The position numbers were made by a program, and so were the translations under genes. This document shows positions 53,538 to 61,985 of a DNA stretch of 64,000 bases, piece after piece (positions within the stretch are counted from its first letter, which is position 1; each line of letters starts with the position of its first letter). The notes under the pieces were generated by a model that was not told where the DNA came from, searched no databases, and saw nothing but the letters and a program-made list of their open reading frames with translations. Source of the DNA: an uncultured Kiritimatiellota bacterium (GTDB lineage: Bacteria; Verrucomicrobiota; Kiritimatiellia; RFP12; UBA1067); assembly GCA_934675625.1 (NCBI GenBank), contig CAKURH010000001.1, positions 474 to 64,473 on the forward strand, given 5' to 3'.

Positions 53538-55170
53538 CGTGAAATCGGGACTGCTTTGCGCCGCGTGTGCGCTGTGCGTCGCCGTCGCCCCAGCGGATGG
53601 CGATGGCGCCAAAGCGGCGTCCGCCACGCCGCTCGCGCCCGTGCTGGACGCCGACGTGCTGATTCCGAACGGCGGCATCTTTCGCTTCTTTGACTTCGGC
53701 GGCTTCAAGAAGGAGAACATGCCGAAGCTCGTCCGCGTCTTCGGCGAGTCGCCTTACCAGGAGACGACGCCGCTGCGCTACGACCGCCTGAACTGGTTCG
53801 AGTACGAGCGCGGTCCGGGAGAATACCTGTTCGACGCGGTCGTTGAGCCGAAGCTGAAGACGTGTCTCGCCGAACGCGCACGGCTCTTCCTCGGCGTGGC
53901 CTGCAACAGCGGGTCGATGTCGGTCACGCAGCTGCACGAGGGGCGCGCGCTGGCGGTGCCGGTCTATGTCTTCGTGCGCTGCGCCGCCGAAGGGCATCCT
54001 TTCCGGCCCTGCGACCAGTACGGGCCTTCATGGGTGCCGGACTACGATTCGCCGTATCTGCTGGAACGGCACCGTGCGCTCCTCAACGCGTTCGCCGCAT
54101 GGCTGGAGGGGACGGTCGCGGGAACGGACGTGAAGCGCAAGGACGTCATCTATGGCATCGAGGCGCGTTACGCGGGCTATTGGGGCGAGGGCGCGATGCG
54201 TCCCGAGCACTACCCGAAGACGGATCTTCTCGACGCCTACGCGGAAGCCTACGTGCAGGCGTTCCCCGACACGCTGATCTGCATGGGCGGACACGAGACG
54301 CTGCATCTGCCGACGCGGGCGGCGTACCTGCGGAACCCGGCGGACGCGGCGGCGGTGCGCGCGATGACGCACGTCGGCAAGGTCTTTCGGCTGCGCAACC
54401 GGCGCGGGCCCGTGGGCTTCTTCATCGACAGCTGGCAGTCGCCGAGCGACCAGTATGACGCGGACGCGCCGCGCGTCCTGTTCGGGGCGCGCGGCGAGGT
54501 GGTGTCTCTCGCCGAGGCGTTCTTCGGGACGGTCTACTGCCAGCGGTACGTGACGGGCGAGTTCGGCTACCTGACGTTCCTCGGCGATCCGAAACTTGAG
54601 CCGTATGAAAAGCTGCCGGAGCAGGTCGCGGTGCGTGGCGTGAGCGGGTTGACGCTCCACAACTTCACGGCGAAGGACCGCGCGTCGCTCGTCGGCGTGC
54701 AGCGCGTGCGCGGGGCGCACTACCTGCCGGGCGGGATTCCGCTGTCGGACGAGACGTATGCGCGCGTGCGGCGGGCGATTGCGGCGGTCGGCTATCGGCT
54801 CGTCCTCGGCTCGCCGAAGGTCGAACGGCTCGCGTCGGGGGATGTCCGCGCGTCATTCACGCTCACGAACGTCGGCGTCTCGCGGATGTTCCATGACTAC
54901 AACCGCATTCACCTGATCGCGACGGATGCGGACGGGCAGGTCGTCGAGGATCGTCCGCTCGGCTTCCGGCTCGGCTCGCTGGAGCCGGCGGCGCGTCCGC
55001 TCGTCTGGAATGAGACGAAGGGGGCGCGCTTTTCGGAGACGTTCCCGTCGGCTGTCGCGGAGGTCCTCGTTCGCATCCCGGACGAAAAGGGCATTGAGCA
55101 TCCGCTCTGTCTCTCGAATCGCGGCAGAGACGTCACCGGCGCCTATTCGCTGGGGCGGGCGGACTTGTAG
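53524..55170 (+). CDS. Hypothetical secreted protein (548 aa), possibly carbohydrate-active
   Basis: The start overlaps the upstream stop. Signal peptide …LLCAACALCVAVAPA. No family recognised. Confidence 0.5.
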   Translation: MWRTDVKSGLLCAACALCVAVAPADGDGAKAASATPLAPVLDADVLIPNGGIFRFFDFGGFKKENMPKLVRVFGESPYQETTPLRYDRLNWFEYERGPGEYLFDAVVEPKLKTCLAERARLFLGVACNSGSMSVTQLHEGRALAVPVYVFVRCAAEGHPFRPCDQYGPSWVPDYDSPYLLERHRALLNAFAAWLEGTVAGTDVKRKDVIYGIEARYAGYWGEGAMRPEHYPKTDLLDAYAEAYVQAFPDTLICMGGHETLHLPTRAAYLRNPADAAAVRAMTHVGKVFRLRNRRGPVGFFIDSWQSPSDQYDADAPRVLFGARGEVVSLAEAFFGTVYCQRYVTGEFGYLTFLGDPKLEPYEKLPEQVAVRGVSGLTLHNFTAKDRASLVGVQRVRGAHYLPGGIPLSDETYARVRRAIAAVGYRLVLGSPKVERLASGDVRASFTLTNVGVSRMFHDYNRIHLIATDADGQVVEDRPLGFRLGSLEPAARPLVWNETKGARFSETFPSAVAEVLVRIPDEKGIEHPLCLSNRGRDVTGAYSLGRADL

Positions 55171-55218
55171 GGGCGCGCGAACGCGCGGCGGCTCTTTTGC
55201 CACACGCGGCACGGGTTA

Positions 55219-55227
55219 TGGTATAAT
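55219..55227 (+). promoter_or_regulatory. Extended -10 box TGGTATAAT upstream of fucO (about 75-nt leader with an aaggag RBS)
   Basis: gggttaTGGTATAATtcaag … aaataaggagcaacATG. Confidence 0.4.
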
Positions 55228-55301
55228 TCAAGAAATTCGGGTGCCCTGCGGAGAGGAAAAGACTTAAGGCGGACAGCCGGAAAAACTAAATAAGGAGCAA
55301 C

Positions 55302-56450
55302 ATGGTCAATCGCATCATCCTGAACGAAACCTCGTACCACGGCGCGGGCGCCGTGCAGTCCATCGTCCCCGAACTCGCCCAGCGCGGGCTCAAGAAGCCG
55401 ATCGTCTTCTCCGACCCCGACCTCATCAAGTTCGGCGTCACGAAGAAGGTGACCGACCTTCTCGACGCGGCGAAGGTCGCCTACGAGGTCTATTCGGAGA
55501 TCAAGCCGAACCCGACGATCCAGAACGTGAAGGACGGCGTCAAGGCCGCGAAGAAGGCGAAGGCCGACTGCATCATCGCGATCGGCGGCGGCTCGTCGAT
55601 GGACACGGCGAAGGCCGTCGGCATCATCCGCACGAACCCGGCGTTCGCGGACGTCCGCAGCCTTGAGGGCGTCGCCCCGACGAAGAAGCCCTCGCTCCCG
55701 ATCCTCGCCGTCCCGACGACGGCCGGCACGGCGGCGGAAGTGACGATCAACTACGTCATCACCGACGTCGAGAAGAAGCGCAAGTTCGTCTGCGTCGATC
55801 CGCATGACATCCCCGTCGTCGCGTTCGTCGACCCCGACATGATGAGCTCGATGCCGAAGGGCCTCACCGCGTTCACGGGCATGGACGCCCTCACGCACGC
55901 GATCGAGGGCCTGATCACGAAGGCGGCGTGCCCGATGACGGACATGATGCACCTGGAGGCGATCCGCCTCATCTCGGCCTCGCTGCGCGACGCGGTCGCG
56001 AACAAGCCGGCCGGCCGCGCGGGCATGGCGCTCGGCCAGTACATCGCGGGCATGGGCTTCTCGAACGTCGGCCTCGGCATCGACCACTCGATGGCGCACG
56101 GGCTCTCCGCGCTCTACGACATGCCGCACGGCAAGGCGTGCGCGATCCTGCTGCCGACGGCGATGAAGTTCAACGCGCCGAAGACCGGCGACAAGTACCG
56201 CAAGATTGCGGTGGCGATGGGCGTCAAGGGCGCGGACAAGATGCCGCTCGCGAAGGCGCGTCAGGCGGCGATCGCCGCCGTCGAGAAGCTCTCGAAGGAC
56301 GTCGGCATCCCGGCGAACCTGAAGGGCGTCCTCAAGAAGGAAGACGTCAAGTTCCTCGCCGAGTCGGCCTACGCCGACGCCTGCCGTCCGGGCAACCCCC
56401 GCGACCTCACGGTCAAGGACATCGAGAAGCTCTACATGGGGCTGATCTAA
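55302..56450 (+). CDS. fucO: Iron-containing alcohol dehydrogenase, lactaldehyde reductase / 1,2-propanediol oxidoreductase
   Basis: Near-collinear identity blocks with E. coli FucO (MVNRIILNETSYHGAGAV…IAIGGGS…VPTTAGTAAEVTINYVITD…). Confidence 0.85.
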   Translation: MVNRIILNETSYHGAGAVQSIVPELAQRGLKKPIVFSDPDLIKFGVTKKVTDLLDAAKVAYEVYSEIKPNPTIQNVKDGVKAAKKAKADCIIAIGGGSSMDTAKAVGIIRTNPAFADVRSLEGVAPTKKPSLPILAVPTTAGTAAEVTINYVITDVEKKRKFVCVDPHDIPVVAFVDPDMMSSMPKGLTAFTGMDALTHAIEGLITKAACPMTDMMHLEAIRLISASLRDAVANKPAGRAGMALGQYIAGMGFSNVGLGIDHSMAHGLSALYDMPHGKACAILLPTAMKFNAPKTGDKYRKIAVAMGVKGADKMPLAKARQAAIAAVEKLSKDVGIPANLKGVLKKEDVKFLAESAYADACRPGNPRDLTVKDIEKLYMGLI

Positions 56451-56451
56451 G

Positions 56452-57366
56452 ATGACCGTTGCCGAACTGAACCAGCGTTTCGGCGCGCCCGGGCGGATCG
56501 TCTTCCGCACGGGCTTCGCCGGCTACCCGAACGTCGTCCTCGCGAACAAGTACGGCACGGCCGAAGTCGCGCTCCTCGGCGCGAACACGCTGTCGTACCG
56601 CCCGACGGGGCATGGCCCCGTCCTGTTCCGTCCGGCGAAGACGGATGCGGACTACAATCGCGGCGACAAGTTCCACGGCGGCGTGCCCGTCTGCTGGCCG
56701 CAGTTCGGCAACCGCTTCTCGAAAGACCTGCCGGGCCACGGCTTCGCGTCGGTCATGGTCTTCGAGGTGCGCGGCACGGAGTATTCCGAGGACATTACGG
56801 AAGTCACGCTTGGGCTGAAGTCCGACCTCGTGACGAAAAAGCTCTGGCCGCACGACTTTGATTTGGAAGTCAAGGTCTCCGTCTCGATGAAACTCAACCT
56901 CACGCTGACGACGACGAACACGGGTACGGAGCCGTTCGCCTTCAGCTGCGGCTTCCATCCGTACTTCGTCGTGCGCAACCGCGATGACGCGGCCGTGAAG
57001 GGGCTGGGCGGCTGTTCTTTCACGGACGGCACGACGCCGGAGCTGAAGACGGGCGTGTGGACGGGCGACCTGAAGCTCGACTTCGCGCCCGACCACATCT
57101 TCGAGATGCCGCCGACGCCCAAGCACGCCTACGCGATTCTCGACGCGGGGCTGAAGCGCGCAATCGCCCTTGCGGCCTCCGGCAACGACCGCGCGGTCGT
57201 CTGGAATCCGGGGCCGGGGGCGACGCTCGCCGATCTCGCGGCGGACGACTGGAAGCGGTTCGTCTGCGTCGAGCCCGTCTCGGACTGGCCGGGCGGGCGG
57301 ACGCTCGCGCCCGGCGCGAAGCACGTCCTCTCCGCCGCGATTCAGGCGCATCTGGACGAATCGTGA
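56452..57366 (+). CDS. Aldose-1-epimerase-superfamily protein, D-hexose-6-phosphate mutarotase (YeaD)-like
   Basis: HGGVPVCWPQFG block. 304 aa. The start is 2 nt after the fucO stop. Confidence 0.65.
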   Translation: MTVAELNQRFGAPGRIVFRTGFAGYPNVVLANKYGTAEVALLGANTLSYRPTGHGPVLFRPAKTDADYNRGDKFHGGVPVCWPQFGNRFSKDLPGHGFASVMVFEVRGTEYSEDITEVTLGLKSDLVTKKLWPHDFDLEVKVSVSMKLNLTLTTTNTGTEPFAFSCGFHPYFVVRNRDDAAVKGLGGCSFTDGTTPELKTGVWTGDLKLDFAPDHIFEMPPTPKHAYAILDAGLKRAIALAASGNDRAVVWNPGPGATLADLAADDWKRFVCVEPVSDWPGGRTLAPGAKHVLSAAIQAHLDES

Positions 57367-57395
57367 AGCGGCTGTCAGCCGGGCGCGGGCGGGTT

Positions 57396-57404
57396 TGGTA
57401 TAAT
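57396..57404 (+). promoter_or_regulatory. Extended -10 box TGGTATAAT, 9 nt before the rimO ATG
   Basis: cgggtTTGGTATAATacgcgcaccATG. Confidence 0.4.
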
Positions 57405-57413
57405 ACGCGCACC

Positions 57414-58670
57414 ATGAAGAAAAAAGGTACGCTGGCTCTCGTTTCGCTCGGATGCGCAAAGAACGCGGTCGACCTTCAGGTTCGCGCGGGCGCGCTCCTG
57501 AAGGCCGGGTGGACGCTGTCCCCCGACCCGAACCGCGCCGACACGGTCATCGTGAACACGTGCTCGTTCATCGCCTCTGCTCGCGAAGAGGCCGAGGCGG
57601 AGATTCGCCGCGCGCTGGAGCTGAAGCGGCGCGGCCAGTACGGGCGCGTCGTCGTCACGGGCTGCTATCCCCAGCGCTATCCGCAGCTGAAGGAGGCCTT
57701 TCCCGGCGTGGACGACTGGGTGGGCGTGCCGCAGGCGTGGGAGGAGCCGAAGGTGCCGGCCCTGCGCCTCACGGGCAAGGCATTCGCCTACCTGAAGATC
57801 GCCGAGGGCTGCGCGCACCGCTGCGCCTACTGTGCGATTCCGCAGATTCGCGGCAAGTACCGCTCGCGTCCGCTGAAGTCGATCCTGCGCGAGGCGAAGG
57901 CCCTTGTGGCGACAGGCTGCCGCGAACTCAACATCGTCGCGCAGGACCCGATGCTCTGGCGCGAGGGCGAGAAGCGGCTCGCAGACCTCCTCTGGGCGCT
58001 CGACCGGATTCCCGGCGACTTCTGGGTGCGCGTCCTTTACAGCTATCCGAGCGAGATCACCGAAGACTTCGTCATCTGGCTCGCGACGGCGAAGCATGCG
58101 GTCAAGTACGTGGACATTCCGATTCAGCATACCGTGCCGGCCGTTCTGGAGAAGATGAACCGGAAGCGGGCGATCGAGCCGTCGCGCAGCGCGGCGGAGG
58201 TCTTGCGCGAGGTCGTGCCGGGCGTCACGCTCCGCACGACGGTCATGACGGGCTTCCCGGGCGAGACGGCGGCGCGCTTCGAGGAGATGCTCGCCGACCT
58301 GAAGCGCATGCAGTTCGACCACTTGGGCGCGTTCGCCTATTCGCCGGAGAAGGGGACGAAGGGCGCGACGCTGAAGGGGCGTCCGAGCCGTGCGGTCGCC
58401 GAAGCGCGCGAGAAGCGCGTCATGGAGCAGCAGGCGAAGATCTGGAAGCTGAAGGCGAAGCGGCTGCTGGGCCAGACGTTCCGTGCGCTCGTGATTGCGC
58501 CCGGCGTCGCACGGCTGGAATCTCAGGCGCCGGACGTGGACGGCGTGACTTACTTCGAAGGAAGCCGTGCGGAGGTCGGCGAATTCGTGGACATCCGGCT
58601 GACGAAGGTCAGGGGCTTCGACTTCGAGGGCGTGTGCGCAGAGGAAAATTCGGGAGAGAAAAGAAGGTGA
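57414..58670 (+). CDS. rimO: Ribosomal protein S12 methylthiotransferase (radical-SAM MTTase)
   Basis: LALVSLGCAKN, VIVNTCSF, radical-SAM CAHRCAYC, C-terminal TRAM-like domain. The track ORF's long N-terminal extension is rejected. Confidence 0.8.
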   Translation: MKKKGTLALVSLGCAKNAVDLQVRAGALLKAGWTLSPDPNRADTVIVNTCSFIASAREEAEAEIRRALELKRRGQYGRVVVTGCYPQRYPQLKEAFPGVDDWVGVPQAWEEPKVPALRLTGKAFAYLKIAEGCAHRCAYCAIPQIRGKYRSRPLKSILREAKALVATGCRELNIVAQDPMLWREGEKRLADLLWALDRIPGDFWVRVLYSYPSEITEDFVIWLATAKHAVKYVDIPIQHTVPAVLEKMNRKRAIEPSRSAAEVLREVVPGVTLRTTVMTGFPGETAARFEEMLADLKRMQFDHLGAFAYSPEKGTKGATLKGRPSRAVAEAREKRVMEQQAKIWKLKAKRLLGQTFRALVIAPGVARLESQAPDVDGVTYFEGSRAEVGEFVDIRLTKVRGFDFEGVCAEENSGEKRR

Positions 58671-59491
58671 TCATCGACGTGCATTCGCATGACTTCGCGC
58701 CGTCCGTCGCGACACGTGCCATGGACGGCATGTGTCGCGGGCTGGACGGCCGCCTCACGCCGTCTGGCGACGGCACGCTCGCGAACCACCTCGACCACCT
58801 CGACCTCGCGGGCGTGGACAAGGCGGTGATGTGCCCCATCGCGACGAAGCCCGGCCAGTTCGATGTCATCCTGCGGCGGTCGGTCGCGATCATCTCCGGC
58901 GCGGCGGGCGAACGCGCGCAGCGGAAGATCGTTCCCTTCGCGTCCGTCCATCCGCGCGACCCCGACTGGTCGCGGCACCTGGACGAAGTGGCCGCCGCCG
59001 GGATCCGGGGGCTCAAGTTCCATCCGTACTACCAGGACTTCTCTCTCGCCGATCCGTCCGTCTGGCCGATCTTCCGCAAGGTCGCGGAACTGGGGCTCGT
59101 CGTTCAGTGCCACGCGGGGCGCGACCTCGGCTACCCGGACCGCGCGGACGCCTGCGGGCCGTCGGAGATCGCGACGCTGCTGAAGAACGTGAAGGGCCTC
59201 GCCTTCATCGCGGCGCACCTCGGCGGCTGCTCGGGGTATCCGCCGCACGCGACGGACGAGCTGCTCGACCTCGGTGCCTACATCGACACGTCCGCGCTCG
59301 TGCAGAACCACCACAAGGACGAGGAGATGCGCCTGTTGCGGTCGTGGCCGCGCGAGCGGATCCTCTTCGCGACGGACTGGCCGTGGACGCACTACCCGGA
59401 GGAGCTCGCGTGGGTGAAGGCCGTCCGCGCGCCCGAAGACTGGCCCGCCGTCCTCGGCGGCAACGCGGCAAGAATATTGAAAATAAGCTGA
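58667..59491 (+). CDS. Metal-dependent amidohydrolase-family (TIM-barrel) hydrolase
   Basis: A GTG start overlaps the rimO stop. N-terminus VIIDVHSHDF. 274 aa. Confidence 0.6.
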   Translation: MIIDVHSHDFAPSVATRAMDGMCRGLDGRLTPSGDGTLANHLDHLDLAGVDKAVMCPIATKPGQFDVILRRSVAIISGAAGERAQRKIVPFASVHPRDPDWSRHLDEVAAAGIRGLKFHPYYQDFSLADPSVWPIFRKVAELGLVVQCHAGRDLGYPDRADACGPSEIATLLKNVKGLAFIAAHLGGCSGYPPHATDELLDLGAYIDTSALVQNHHKDEEMRLLRSWPRERILFATDWPWTHYPEELAWVKAVRAPEDWPAVLGGNAARILKIS

Positions 59492-59494
59492 TCT

Positions 59495-59604
59495 CAAATT
59501 TTAAATCTCAAATTTCAGATTTCAAATCTTAAATCTTAAATTTCTACTTTCAAATTTTAAGCCTCAAATCTATTTTAAGCTTCAAACCTAACCCAGAATA
59601 ACCC
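59495..59604. repeat. AT-rich 7-bp-period tandem repeat (ATCTCAA/ATTTCAA, about 12 units); reverse-orientation relative of the 5055-5147 repeat
   Basis: tgatctcaaattttaaatctcaaatttcagatttcaaatcttaaatcttaaatttcta… Its reverse complement shares taagatttaagattt, gaaatctgaaat and aaatttgagatttaaaatttgagat with the first locus. Confidence 0.6.
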
Positions 59605-61344
59605 ATGAACACAACCTTCAAGCTCACAGATCCGTTCGGCACCGCGCCGAAGACCGTGCCGTTCACCCAGTCCGTCTCGACGGGGGTGCCGTGGCACAAC
59701 CTGCCGATCACCCGCGAATACACGCTCGGGCAGCTGCTCGACCAGACCATCGCGCGCTGCGGCGAGAACGACGCCGTCGTCTACGCCGACCGCAACTACC
59801 GGCTCACCTGGTACCAGTTCGGCGAGGAGGTCGATCTCGTCGCGAAGGGCCTGATGGCGCTCGGCGTGAAGCGAGGCGAGAAGGTCGCGCTCTGGGCGAC
59901 GAACGTGCCGCACTGGGTCGTCCTCATGTTCGCGACGGCGAAGATCGGCGCGATCCTGCTGCCGCTCAACACGAACTACAAGTCGCACGAGATGGACTTC
60001 GCGCTGAAGCAGTCCGACGCGGAGAACCTCTTCGTCATCAACGGCTTCCGCGACTGCGACTACGTGCAGGTCATCAACGATCTCGTCCCGGAGCTGAAGG
60101 AGTGCCCGCGCGGCGCGCTGAAGAGCGCGAAGTACCCGCACCTGAAGCGCGTGTTCTTCCTCGGCGGCGAGAAGCACCGGGGCATGTACTCGCTCAACGA
60201 GGTGAAGTCCCTCGCGTGCGAGGTGACGCAGGAGGCGTACCTCGCGCGGCAGGCGACGGTGGAGGTGAACGACGTCGTCAACATGCAGTACACGTCGGGC
60301 ACGACGGGCTTCCCGAAGGGCGTGCAGCTCACGCACCGCAACATCGCGAACGACGGCTTCTGGATCGGCGCGTGCCAGAACCTCACGTGCCGCGACCGCG
60401 TCTGCATCCCCGTGCCGCTCTTCCACTGCTTCGGGTGCGTCCTCGGCGTGATGAGCTGCGTCAACCACGGCGCGACGATGGTCTTCCTGGAGAAGTTCGA
60501 CCCCGTGCAGGTGATGGACTCGATCGAGCGCGAGAAGTGCACGGCGACGTACGGCGTGCCGACGATGTACATCGCGATGCTCGACCATCCGCTGTTCAGC
60601 CGCTTCGACTTCCGCTCGCTCCGGACGGGCATCATGTCCGGCTCGGCGTGCCCGACGCACCGCATGCAGCAGGCGAACGACAAGATGTTCATGCGCGAGA
60701 TCACGAACCCGTACGGGCTCACCGAGTCCGGCCCGGTGATGACGATGACGCGCTACTTCGAGACGTCCATCGCGCGCAAGTGCCAGACGATCGGCCAGGC
60801 GCTGCCGGGCGTCGAGGTCGCGATCATCGACCCCGAATCGGGCGAGATCGCGCCAATCGGGCAGGATGGCGAGATCTGCTGCCGCGGCTTCAACACGATG
60901 AAGGGCTACTACAAGATGCCGGAGCAGACGGCGAAGTGCATTGACGCGAACGGGTGGCTGCACTCCGGCGACATCGGCAAGATGGACGCGGACGGCTACT
61001 ACTACATCACGGGACGCCTGAAGGACCTCATCATCCGCGGCGGCGAGAACATCTCGCCGAAGGAGGTCGAGGACTTCCTCGGCACGATGCCGGGCGTGAA
61101 GGACGTCGCGGTCGTCGGCTGCCCCTCGAAGAAGTACGGCGAGCAGCCGGCGGCATTCATCATCCGCGCGGACGGCTCCGAGATCTCGGAACATGACGTC
61201 GCCGTCTTCTGCAAGGACAAGATCAGCTGGTTCAAGATCCCGAAGTACGTCCACTTCCTCGACGTCTTCCCGATGACGGCGAGCCAGAAGATCCAGAAGT
61301 ACAAGCTGCGTGAGATGGCACACGAGCTGTGGCCGGAGGCGTAA
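59605..61344 (+). CDS. AMP-dependent synthetase/ligase (acyl-CoA synthetase)
   Basis: YTSGTTGFPKGV AMP-binding motif. 579 aa. Confidence 0.8.
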   Translation: MNTTFKLTDPFGTAPKTVPFTQSVSTGVPWHNLPITREYTLGQLLDQTIARCGENDAVVYADRNYRLTWYQFGEEVDLVAKGLMALGVKRGEKVALWATNVPHWVVLMFATAKIGAILLPLNTNYKSHEMDFALKQSDAENLFVINGFRDCDYVQVINDLVPELKECPRGALKSAKYPHLKRVFFLGGEKHRGMYSLNEVKSLACEVTQEAYLARQATVEVNDVVNMQYTSGTTGFPKGVQLTHRNIANDGFWIGACQNLTCRDRVCIPVPLFHCFGCVLGVMSCVNHGATMVFLEKFDPVQVMDSIEREKCTATYGVPTMYIAMLDHPLFSRFDFRSLRTGIMSGSACPTHRMQQANDKMFMREITNPYGLTESGPVMTMTRYFETSIARKCQTIGQALPGVEVAIIDPESGEIAPIGQDGEICCRGFNTMKGYYKMPEQTAKCIDANGWLHSGDIGKMDADGYYYITGRLKDLIIRGGENISPKEVEDFLGTMPGVKDVAVVGCPSKKYGEQPAAFIIRADGSEISEHDVAVFCKDKISWFKIPKYVHFLDVFPMTASQKIQKYKLREMAHELWPEA

Positions 61345-61367
61345 TCGCAAAGAAAGGAAAATCGACA

Positions 61368-61937
61368 ATGAGCAACAACGCAAGCAACACGGTCGGGGCG
61401 CGGATTCGCGCCACTCGCGAAAAGCTGAACATGGGCGTCTGTGACCTCGCGCAGAAGAGCGGCGTCGACGAGGCGACCGTCAATGCGATCGAGAAGGGCG
61501 AGGTGCTGCCCGCGCTCGGAATCCTGACGAAGATCTCCCGTGCGCTCGGCCAGCGGCTCGGCACGTTCATGGACGACCAGTTCAAGCCCGACCCGATCAT
61601 CACGCGCGCGGCGGACATCGCGGCGGAGAAGGTCGCGCAGGAGGGCGTGAACGCGCTCGGCTACTCGTCGCATTCGCTCGCGCGCGGCAAGACCGACCGC
61701 CACATGGACCCGTTCCGCATCGAGTTCGCCGCGAACGGCGCGAACGGCTTCTCGTCGCACGAGGGCGAGGAGCTCATCATCTGCCTCGCGGGCGAGGTGG
61801 AGCTCACCTACGGGCCGGACAAGACCGTCCTGAAGCCCGGCGACACGGCGTACTACAACGCCGTCGTCAAGCACGGCCTGCGCGCGCTGAACGGCCAGCC
61901 GGCCTCGATCTACGGCATCGTCTTCATGCCGTTCTAA
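61368..61937 (+). CDS. XRE-family HTH plus cupin-domain transcriptional regulator
   Basis: RBS aaaggaaaatcgacaATG. HTH (…IRATREKLNMGVCDLAQKSGVDEATVNAIEKGE…). C-terminal cupin-like beta region. Confidence 0.65.
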   Translation: MSNNASNTVGARIRATREKLNMGVCDLAQKSGVDEATVNAIEKGEVLPALGILTKISRALGQRLGTFMDDQFKPDPIITRAADIAAEKVAQEGVNALGYSSHSLARGKTDRHMDPFRIEFAANGANGFSSHEGEELIICLAGEVELTYGPDKTVLKPGDTAYYNAVVKHGLRALNGQPASIYGIVFMPF

Positions 61938-61944
61938 GCCTTTT

Positions 61945-61953
61945 TGGTATAAT
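61945..61953 (+). promoter_or_regulatory. Extended -10 box TGGTATAAT upstream of purL (32-nt leader with an aaggagag RBS)
   Basis: cctttTTGGTATAATatcgcctaacttttcgaaggagagaaacccccATG. Confidence 0.4.
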
Positions 61954-61985
61954 ATCGCCTAACTTTTCGAAGGAGAGAAACCCCC

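Noticed and set aside
57057-57413. Upstream extension of rimO (track ORF start 57057) and the long frame 57452-59491
   Set aside because: The extension is Arg-rich, overlaps the mutarotase gene, and lies upstream of a TGGTATAAT box. The RimO N-terminal motifs begin at MKKKGTLALVSLGCAKN. The second frame is a read-through artefact of the amidohydrolase gene, which starts at GTG 58667.
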